Shown: one piece after another, positions 24,548 to 31,547 of the stretch | How the letters are laid out: every line of letters begins with the position of its first letter | Numbering within the stretch: the first letter of the stretch is position 1 | DNA from: Candidatus Saccharimonadales bacterium | Lineage (GTDB): Bacteria; Patescibacteriota; Saccharimonadia; Saccharimonadales; UBA4665 | Reading direction: 5' to 3' | DNA: 59,375 nucleotides | Assembly (NCBI GenBank): GCA_039809105.1 | Contig: JBDHUJ010000001.1 | Coordinates: 1 to 59,375 of the forward strand | The notes under the pieces: model-generated | Seen by the model: the letters and a program-made list of their open reading frames with translations, nothing else | What the model was told of the DNA's origin: nothing | Database searches by the model: none | Program-made: the position numbers and the translations under genes

Positions 24548-25741
24548 TCACATGCTCAGATTGGGCTGGATGTCGAGGGTATAGGGGTCGGCGGTGGGTT
24601 GGCCGAGTTTGGCTTTGAAGCAGGCAAGGGTGGCTATCATAGCACCGTTGTCGGTACAGAGTTTTAAGTCGGGGAAGGCGATGGGTATCGCTTGCCCTCC
24701 GGAGCCTTGGCGAAGGAGGGGGAGTCGTTCGGAGAGCTGGCGGCGGAGTTCGGGGCTGGCGGCGACGCCACCGGCTATAACGACAGATTTAGGCTGAAAC
24801 TCTTCGTACGCGAGCATTGTCTTGTCGACGACCGTTTCGACGGCTATGCGTTGGAAGCTGGCGGCTACATCGGCCTTCTGAGCTTCGGAGAGGCGCGCTG
24901 CGACGTCTTTGCTCGGAAAACTGAAGTCCTCGCCGATTATCTCCTGACACGTCCTTAGAACGGCTGTTTTTACGCCAGAGAAGCTGTAGTCGTAAGTAGG
25001 GGGTAGGGTTGAGGGCTTAGGGCTTAGTTCGTCCTGCTTATTGTTTATTGCTTGTTGCTCTCTTAGCGCTACCAGTGCTTCGCTCGGGGTTTTCATCTGG
25101 GCTTTAGGAAAGGTGAAGGCGTGGGGGTTGCCTTCGGTCGCCTTTTTGCCGACGCTAGGACCGCCGGGGTAGGGGAGGCCGAGTATTTTTGCGACTTTGT
25201 CGAAGGCTTCGCCGATGGCGTCGTCTGCTGTTTGGCCCAAAAGCGTGTAGTCGAAGTGGTCGCGGAACAGGGCTAGCTGGCTATGGCCGCCGCTGACTAT
25301 CAGGGCCAGCATAGGGAATTCCGGTGCGCTTTCACGTGAAACGTAGCCGGCAAGGGCAGGGGAATCGCCGATGGCGGTTATAAAGTTCGCATACACATGC
25401 GCCTCGACGTGGTTTATGGCATACAGCGGCTTCTGCTTTACGATAGCCAGCGTGCGGGCGGCCAGGACGCCGATAAGCAGGGAACCGCCCAGGCCCGCTC
25501 CATAGGTGACGGCAATTGCGTCGATATCGTCCCAGGTACAGCCGGCATCATCCAACGCCTGCTGTATAACGCCGTTCACGGCCTCTATGTGACTGCGAGC
25601 TGCCACCTCTGGCACCACCCCGCCGTACTGCACGTGCAAATCCATGCTGCTAGCCACCGCGTTGCTTAGCAGTTTGTATCCGTCTTCGACTACCGCTGCG
25701 GCGGTTTCGTCGCAGCTGCTTTCTATGCCCAGAACTTTCAT
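24548..25741 (-). CDS. tsaD: tRNA N6-adenosine threonylcarbamoyltransferase
   Basis: VLGIESSCDETAAAVV, GVVPEVAARSH and SGGHSQL motifs. At 397 aa it appears to have an extra segment around KTPSEALVALREQQAINNKQDELSPKPSTLPP. Confidence 0.95.
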   Translation of the reverse strand: MKVLGIESSCDETAAAVVEDGYKLLSNAVASSMDLHVQYGGVVPEVAARSHIEAVNGVIQQALDDAGCTWDDIDAIAVTYGAGLGGSLLIGVLAARTLAIVKQKPLYAINHVEAHVYANFITAIGDSPALAGYVSRESAPEFPMLALIVSGGHSQLALFRDHFDYTLLGQTADDAIGEAFDKVAKILGLPYPGGPSVGKKATEGNPHAFTFPKAQMKTPSEALVALREQQAINNKQDELSPKPSTLPPTYDYSFSGVKTAVLRTCQEIIGEDFSFPSKDVAARLSEAQKADVAASFQRIAVETVVDKTMLAYEEFQPKSVVIAGGVAASPELRRQLSERLPLLRQGSGGQAIPIAFPDLKLCTDNGAMIATLACFKAKLGQPTADPYTLDIQPNLSM

Positions 25742-25897
25742 ACCTGTTTAGCCTACCACACACAAGGGCAAAGTAAGTAGGGCAAAGGGCAAAGTTCATC
25801 TTCGATATTGGCTTCGTCCTGTGCGACGCCGGGCGTTGGTATCATCACGGACGAAAAAAGCGTTGCGGCCGGCGAATAGCCGGCTTCCCACAGACAT

Positions 25898-25976
25898 TCG
25901 GTCTGAAGACCGGAAAAGTAGCGCCCGAGGCGGAGCCCCGGCGAGCGTAGAAAAACCCTTTAGGGTTTGTCTGATG
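25898..25976 (+). repeat. Core-only copy of the family A repeat
   Basis: TCGGTCTGAAGACCGGAAAAGTAGCGCCCGAGGCGGAGCCCCGGCGAGCGTAGAAAAACCC-ttta-GGGTTTGTCTGATG parallels the central blocks of family A. Confidence 0.8.
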
Positions 25977-25985
25977 TATGCCTAA

Positions 25986-26019
25986 CTACTTCTTAAGACG
26001 CTTGCGTCTTAAGAAGTAG
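25986..26019. terminator. 15-bp perfect hairpin
   Basis: CTACTTCTTAAGACG-cttg-CGTCTTAAGAAGTAG overlaps the stop of the 604-aa ORF. Confidence 0.65.
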
Positions 26020-27823
26020 AGACTTCGCTGGCGTGCTCGGCCATCCAGCGGTTAATCTCGTGTATTACGGCCGGGTTCCAGGTCGCACTGCCCGGACTGT
26101 TGATGCCGAAGTAGCCGTCATCCATCTTGTACGAACCGATGTTGGTAAAGAAATTGCCGTCAGGGAACTTGTCTTGCAGGTGCAAGTACAGCTTCCACGA
26201 GTTATCACTGCTCAGGTGCTGGTTCTTTTCCTGCAGCAGCTCGATGAGTTCGCGCTGGTAGCCATGGCCGTTTTCGACCACCACATTCGTGTCGTACCCG
26301 TCGACTACGTTCGGGGAACCGAGGGTCTCTGTGTGTGCGGCGTTTGCTACGCCACCGCCAGCGTGGCCTTCCACGCCACCACTGCCACCACCACCGGAGC
26401 CACCGTTATCAGGACCTGCGCCACCACCGCCACCAGCGGGCGGGTTGCCGCCGCTACCGGCAGAAGGGGGTGTCTGGTCGTGTGGGCTCCACAAACCAAA
26501 GCCGTTGGTATGCTCCACAGCTTCGTACATGCCGTAAGTAGCTGCACCGGCCACGGCACCTATCGCGGTTATAGCAAGGGTGCGCTTAAAGTTGTTCTTG
26601 CGGTCGGTTTTGACACGTTCGCCCAAGACGGCGCGCAGGGCATTGCTATGCAGCTTGGCGGCGTGTTCTTCGTCGTGTTCGTCGGCGAGGGTGAAACGGT
26701 TGGACATCCGCTTCAGGGCCGCCTGGTCTTCTTCACGGCGCTCGTCGAACCGTATACGCTGGTCGACTTGGTTGCCGATGGCAGTAGCCCAAAGCGCACG
26801 GGTAGATTTAACGGCCACTCCTGCGCCGATGGCAGCTGGCAGTGCTACAGCACCACTGAAGGCGAGTAGGCCGTGGACACCCCTCTTGGCAATACTCGCA
26901 CCCAGACCTATAGCTACACCTGTACCGGCGGCTGCGCCGCGAGTGCCCCATTTGTGGTCGGCGAACCAGTTTATAAACCTGCTTTTGCGGGTGTCGCCTG
27001 CTTCCAGAATCGCCTTTTCGGCCAGAGAGAACGCCTGGTGTTCGTCCAGGAGTTTGGTAGTGCCCCGGGCGAGCATTTCCTGGTCGGTCTTGCCGGCGGC
27101 GCGCATCTGTTGCATTTCGGCCAGGGTCAGCTGGGTAAACAGCTCGTGATATTTTTTGTCCAGCTCGTCGTATTCTGCTTGCAACTTCTTATTCTTACTA
27201 CGGCGCTTGCTGACCGTACCGCGCAGCTGCGTACTCAGCTTCGCCAACTTGTTGCGCGCTTCTGCTACTTTGCCCCGCATCTCAACCATCTCTGGCGTAT
27301 CCTGCAGCTCCGCATCGTCTTCACCGGTATCATCGGGTTCGCCAGGGTTGTCGTCTTCCGTACCCGTAATCCCGTACTTTGCCCGGAGCCCTTCAAGCTT
27401 TGTTTCAAGTATCGATTGCCCTGAAGTCTCTGGTCGGTTATGTTTGCCACTAAAGTCTTTGTCGCCCATGGTCCACTTTTCGTGGCTCATGTTTTTTACG
27501 GATACGGACTTCAGTAAGTCGGCAAGCTCGTTGTATAACTCAGGGTGCACTGCAGGGTCAACATACCTTGCGACATGCGACTCGGCCTCTGTATCCAGCC
27601 CTTCGGTGGCTCGGGCCCGGGCTTCGTCGCGAGCCTTGCGGTGTGCACTCTTGAACGGGTCATCGTCGTCCGGTGTGGCGGCGATGGCATCATGGCCAGC
27701 CTGGGCGACTTGTGCTGCTTCTTCGGCACGATAGGTTTTTATGGCATCGATACTTAAGAAGTCCAGGTTTTCTGGCAAAGTAGCTTCGGGTGTTCGGTTG
27801 ATTACGGGAGCTTGCTGTTCCAT
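26009..27823 (-). CDS. Hypothetical 604-aa membrane protein (coiled-coil N-terminus, about 4 TM, Gly-rich linker, unknown C-terminal domain)
   Basis: Long ORF with a charged coiled-coil region, hydrophobic stretches (AAAGTGVAIGLGASIA, LLAFSGAVALPAAIGAGVAV, LAITAIGAVAGAATYG), a GGGGGAGPDNGGSGGGGSGG linker and a roughly 110-aa tail. Confidence 0.68.
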   Translation of the reverse strand: MEQQAPVINRTPEATLPENLDFLSIDAIKTYRAEEAAQVAQAGHDAIAATPDDDDPFKSAHRKARDEARARATEGLDTEAESHVARYVDPAVHPELYNELADLLKSVSVKNMSHEKWTMGDKDFSGKHNRPETSGQSILETKLEGLRAKYGITGTEDDNPGEPDDTGEDDAELQDTPEMVEMRGKVAEARNKLAKLSTQLRGTVSKRRSKNKKLQAEYDELDKKYHELFTQLTLAEMQQMRAAGKTDQEMLARGTTKLLDEHQAFSLAEKAILEAGDTRKSRFINWFADHKWGTRGAAAGTGVAIGLGASIAKRGVHGLLAFSGAVALPAAIGAGVAVKSTRALWATAIGNQVDQRIRFDERREEDQAALKRMSNRFTLADEHDEEHAAKLHSNALRAVLGERVKTDRKNNFKRTLAITAIGAVAGAATYGMYEAVEHTNGFGLWSPHDQTPPSAGSGGNPPAGGGGGAGPDNGGSGGGGSGGVEGHAGGGVANAAHTETLGSPNVVDGYDTNVVVENGHGYQRELIELLQEKNQHLSSDNSWKLYLHLQDKFPDGNFFTNIGSYKMDDGYFGINSPGSATWNPAVIHEINRWMAEHASEVSTS

Positions 27824-27926
27824 AATTGTTGTTGATTATAGCATACATAAGCGTTTAATGCAAGTATATTATTAAAAATTATAAGGGGTTAAAGAAGGAG
27901 ACAGAGTATAATACCATAGCATACCT

Positions 27927-28072
27927 ACCTGAATCACGAAACTAAAACAGAGGCAACCGTCATCTCGACCGCAGTGGAGAGATCTTCCCTTACAGAGGTG
28001 ATTATATGGAGGATTTCTCCACTTCGCTCCGCTTCGGTCGAAATGACAGAGGTGGGGTTTCGTGATTCAGGT
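27927..28072. mobile_element. MITE-like element (family D): 16-bp perfect TIR ACCTGAATCACGAAAC, flanking ATACCT direct repeat
   Basis: TIRs lie at 27927-27942 and 28057-28072. ATACCT occurs at 27921-27926 and 28073-28078. Inner palindrome GTCATCTCGACCGCAGTGGAGAGATC...GATTTCTCCACTTCGCTCCGCTTCGGTCGAAATGAC. Confidence 0.8.
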
Positions 28073-28081
28073 ATACCTTTA

Positions 28082-28110
28082 TTGACAAAATAACACGTTT
28101 ATGCTAGAAT
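28082..28110 (+). promoter_or_regulatory. Near-consensus promoter TTGACA-17-TAGAAT
   Basis: TTGACA at 28082-28087 and TAGAAT at 28105-28110. The first well-supported downstream start is about 280-420 nt away. Confidence 0.65.
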
Positions 28111-28385
28111 GTGTAACGTTTCCATGAAAGAGGTGGAAACAGCACATTGACAGTTGTTGTTTAGGAATTAGGAACGCTTCGCGAAACTAAGCTGTTTCGA
28201 GCGCAACACGGTGGGTGCAGGTTACGTACACGTACCTGTCGTGTTGCGCTAGAGGCAATGTATTTGCTGCTTCGCGTAACACCCGGCGTACCCTGTAAGG
28301 GCACAGCCAACCCTACCCTAACTACTCATACACTTACCTAGTATGGTTCCTTTTACTAGCCGGAGGCGGCGATAAGGAGTGAAAG

Positions 28386-28544
28386 ATGTGTTCTTTCGCT
28401 GCTTTTCGTCGCCTTCCAGCTGGAGGTAACGGACCTGTCCCGTCTGGGGCTTGTAAGCAGTACCGCATTTCGCAGTACCCCATCCACCCCAGGGACGGCC
28501 GTGTCCTCCCAAACCCGAAAGGAGCCTACCATGGCTCGCATTGA
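28386..28544 (+). CDS. Candidate 52-aa ORF in the leader (MCSFAAFRRLPAGGNGPVPSGACKQYRISQYPIHPRDGRVLPNPKGAYHGSH)
   Basis: AAGGAG SD lies 6 nt before ATG 28386. The stop TGA 28542-28544 overlaps the start region of the next gene. Coding status is uncertain. Confidence 0.3.
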   Translation: MCSFAAFRRLPAGGNGPVPSGACKQYRISQYPIHPRDGRVLPNPKGAYHGSH

Positions 28545-29406
28545 CAGCACCGACGCTGCCCTCAATGCTCACACGGATCCGGTCCATGACCAGATTACGA
28601 GTGAGTACTCACGGGGCGTTCGCGCGTACCTCGATGGGGTGAACGACGAAGGGCTCAAGCCCTACGCCGCACTTCACCTCGCGACGGCTATCGCGGACGG
28701 CATCGTGAAGGCGGTCGAGTCGACGCACACCACCTCCGGCAAGGACCGTCTGCACTCCAGGCAGCCTCTCGCCCTGGGCGCCGGCACCGCTGTCTCCTCC
28801 GCGGAGTTCGATTCGCTGCAGGGATACGCCCAGCAGTTGAAGGGCCTCCCGGAGAAGAAGCGGATCGGTGCCGGCATCCTCCTCGGTCGTATCCTCGACG
28901 GTGAAGAAGATGACTCGGGTGTCGTGTACGACTACGATGACAAGGGAAACCTCGTCCTCGCGGCCAAGGTCGCCGACCTCGAGGTTCAGCTCGCCGATGC
29001 CAAGCGTGCGCTCGGCGCCGAGGAGAAGAAGTCGAAGGACCTCGACGGCCAGCTCAAGTTGGCCCTCAAGGGTACTGACGCCGAAATCTCCGCGGCATGG
29101 GCGCTGTTGTCTCCCGCCGAGAAGCTCGTCTTCAAGACGCCCATTCTGGGCATGCTTGAGGGGACAATCGCGGTCGACAAGGACGGCATCATCGGCTCCC
29201 ACAAGGGACTGGTGAACACCAACACCAAGCTCGTCGAGGAGCGGGACAGGCTGCAGCGAATCGCGGATTCCACCAAGGACTCCATCGAGGAGGTGGACCT
29301 CTACCCGACCCGCACGAGCAGGAAGCCGGTGAGCTACTTGATTCTCCACCGAGCTGGTGATCACCCGTTGAACGACGAGGCCAAGGCCGAGTACAAGGTC
29401 AGCTGA
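28531..29406 (+). CDS. Hypothetical coiled-coil protein with foreign (high-GC3) codon usage
   Basis: GAAAGGAG SD precedes ATG 28531. Leu is mostly CTC, every Lys codon I scanned is AAG, and GAG outnumbers GAA. This differs from argS/valS, which use CTG/TTG with frequent AAA and GAA. The long antisense shadow ORF 28609..29586 is typical of high GC3. Confidence 0.7.
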   Translation: MARIDSTDAALNAHTDPVHDQITSEYSRGVRAYLDGVNDEGLKPYAALHLATAIADGIVKAVESTHTTSGKDRLHSRQPLALGAGTAVSSAEFDSLQGYAQQLKGLPEKKRIGAGILLGRILDGEEDDSGVVYDYDDKGNLVLAAKVADLEVQLADAKRALGAEEKKSKDLDGQLKLALKGTDAEISAAWALLSPAEKLVFKTPILGMLEGTIAVDKDGIIGSHKGLVNTNTKLVEERDRLQRIADSTKDSIEEVDLYPTRTSRKPVSYLILHRAGDHPLNDEAKAEYKVS

Positions 29407-29724
29407 CCTCTGGTCATTCGCTGATTGACCCGCGCGGTCAACGACGACGCGGCCGGCGGGTCTCGACAAGCACTCTGAAAGGAGGCGGTGAGCATGGAAG
29501 TGCAAGTGCAAGTGATGTGAGGAACGGGTAGGACCGTGGGTGTGCGAGAATGCGCGATGTAGCTGGGTCCCCTTAACAGGAGACATTCAACCAACTATAT
29601 CGACGCATTCCGCACACCCACGCACTACCCCCTGAGTTCGTAATTCATAAAGAACGACTGTTTATAAACTTGGCTTTCAGTTCACCGGCACTGTCATCTC
29701 GACCAACGTGGAGAGATCTTCTTT

Positions 29725-30000
29725 ATCCTGTGTTTGTCACTCCAGCAGCAGCTGGCCTGACGAGTCCGAGCACGCCCGGACGGGTTTGGCTTGGTGCGTG
29801 AATGGATGTCCGTGCACGGGGATGAGTGAGAGGTCTGAAAGACGGTTCGGAATCGGCGGTGACTTCCAACGTAGGCGTATTCTCGTCCTACAGGGAAACC
29901 CTTCAGGGTTTCCCTACGGTCGCCGCGGCGACCTACCTTTCCGGACTGCAGACCGAAGGCCCGAGAAGGGCTCGCTATTTGCGAGCCACGGCGTTTTTGG
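29725..30000 (-). repeat. Family A structured repeat, copy 3 (inverted; lacks the GTTCTCAG end)
   Basis: Reverse complement aligns block by block with 20087-20458 and 44386-44726. Confidence 0.88.
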
Positions 30001-30033
30001 CAATAGGTTTTATTTGACAGGAGGGCAAGAGTA

Positions 30034-30062
30034 TTGACAAAGCGTAAGTTTTTTGGTAGGAT
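30034..30062 (+). promoter_or_regulatory. Promoter TTGACA-17-TAGGAT
   Basis: TTGACA at 30034-30039 and TAGGAT at 30057-30062, upstream of the 30111 gene. Confidence 0.6.
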
Positions 30063-30110
30063 GGGTGTAGTTTACTAAAACAAAAAACCAAAAAGAAGCA
30101 GATAAAAATT

Positions 30111-31328
30111 ATGCCCAGAAATCCAGGCAGCACCATGAATCGCCCACCTCGCCCGCGCACGCCGGACAGCCAGCCTGCGCCAAATCGCCAGCCTGGGCAG
30201 GGCCGTCAGCCTGGACCGAATCGTCGGTCCGCGCCGGGCTCTAGTGATGAGCTTCGGCAGTTACAGATAGAGAAAGCGCAACTCGAAGTGGAACTGCTCA
30301 GGCGACAAGTGGTTGCAGCTGGTGGCACGCTGCCCGACAAACGCCCCAACAAGCCATCCGACGCGCAGGCGGTCGATACCGAAGCGCGGCTGAGGCGTTT
30401 GGAAAAACAGCTGAACCTTGGGCCGGACAAAGACCCCAAAACAGGTACTATAACCGCAAAAGAATCGCAGGTGGCAACAGTAGGTACTGCTGCAGCCGTA
30501 AAAAGCAAGGCCCCGAGAGGCCCGGTACCATTGCCGACAGGCGGTGGCACGAAGAGAGGGTATAGCCCTGCACCAGTCGGTACGCAGCTGCGCGATGGCA
30601 GAAAAGCCGTAACCATAACGCCAGCCGGTGTCCAGGTTCCGCGCAAGCTCGAACAGACCCCGCAGGTAGCCGGTATGCACGACGCCTTCTGGAACGGACT
30701 GTCCGATGCGACCAAGCAGGCGTGGCAGAACAACGAAATCTCTTGGACCGAAAAGGGCAAAATGCAGCAGGTGCATGCCGCCGAATTCCTGAACAAGCCG
30801 GGCCTTGACCCCCGTTCACCACTGGAACGTGCTGCCGCTGGCGGTTCGCTTGGCTTTGCCTGGAGCGAAGAAGCCAGTACGCCCGAACCGGTCGTTTCGG
30901 ACCCGCAGCCTGCCAAGGGCCCTGGTCACACCTGGAGTGCAGAAAGTATGAAAATAGACACCGGCCCGGCCCGTCCGTCGCTGAAGGACCGTTTTATGGC
31001 GCGCCGTGCCCGTCGTGCCAGTCAGCCCGCCCTGGACACCCCGAAGATTGATTCGCTAGACCTGACGACGGACCGCGTGTTCGAGGCGCCCGTGCAGCCT
31101 GCGGCCGCCGAACCTACGCCGGTAGCGCCCGCCACTGTGAAAACCGAACCGGTGGAACCGGTTCTGAGCACGCCGAAAATCGACGCGCTCGACCTGACCC
31201 GCGACCCTAACGCGCCCCGTCCGCAGGCTCCGGTAAAAGAGCCGACCGCGCTGGATATTGCTGCACAGCAGGGCCCGCTGCGTGCTGGCTGGTCGGAAGA
31301 AAACCCCGACAAGGTTACTAGCGTTTAA
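30111..31328 (+). CDS. Pro-rich hypothetical protein with internal repeat (TPKID[SA]LDLT)
   Basis: 405-aa ORF with a basic P/Q/R-rich N-terminus, a short coiled coil, and two copies of TPKIDxLDLTxD near the C-terminus. Confidence 0.6.
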   Translation: MPRNPGSTMNRPPRPRTPDSQPAPNRQPGQGRQPGPNRRSAPGSSDELRQLQIEKAQLEVELLRRQVVAAGGTLPDKRPNKPSDAQAVDTEARLRRLEKQLNLGPDKDPKTGTITAKESQVATVGTAAAVKSKAPRGPVPLPTGGGTKRGYSPAPVGTQLRDGRKAVTITPAGVQVPRKLEQTPQVAGMHDAFWNGLSDATKQAWQNNEISWTEKGKMQQVHAAEFLNKPGLDPRSPLERAAAGGSLGFAWSEEASTPEPVVSDPQPAKGPGHTWSAESMKIDTGPARPSLKDRFMARRARRASQPALDTPKIDSLDLTTDRVFEAPVQPAAAEPTPVAPATVKTEPVEPVLSTPKIDALDLTRDPNAPRPQAPVKEPTALDIAAQQGPLRAGWSEENPDKVTSV

Positions 31329-31346
31329 ACTGCTCATTCTTCGTTG

Positions 31347-31466
31347 TTCACCATTTACCTTTCACCGTTCACCATGCGTTATCCTTTTACCGTTCACCGT
31401 GCGGGCGTCCTCCACGGTAAACGGTTCACGGTGAATGTATGGTGAATGGAAAATGGTAAAGGGCGA
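31347..31466. repeat. Hairpin-rich block built from TTCACCGT / GGTGAA-type units
   Basis: TTCACCATTTACCTTTCACCGTTCACC...CACGGTGAATGTATGGTGAATGGAAAATGGTAAAGG. Probably acts as a terminator between 30111..31328 and murE. Confidence 0.7.
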
Positions 31467-31547
31467 ACAATTGCGGTGACATAGTTTTGTGAGCTCTTGG
31501 GGTTTGAGCCGGTTCGTGCAGAGGCCAGCGCAAGGTATACTACCTGC

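Noticed and set aside
28609-29586. 325-aa minus-strand ORF
   Set aside because: It is the antisense shadow of the high-GC3 gene 28531..29406. The plus-strand gene has the SD, the promoter and a sensible composition.
29760-29800. Hammerhead-like CUGACGAG followed by a GUCCG...CGGAC stem, on the antisense of family A (all three copies)
   Set aside because: The required GAAA after stem II is absent, since GGGUUU or GUUUUU follows. No stem I/III or cleavage-site arrangement could be drawn.
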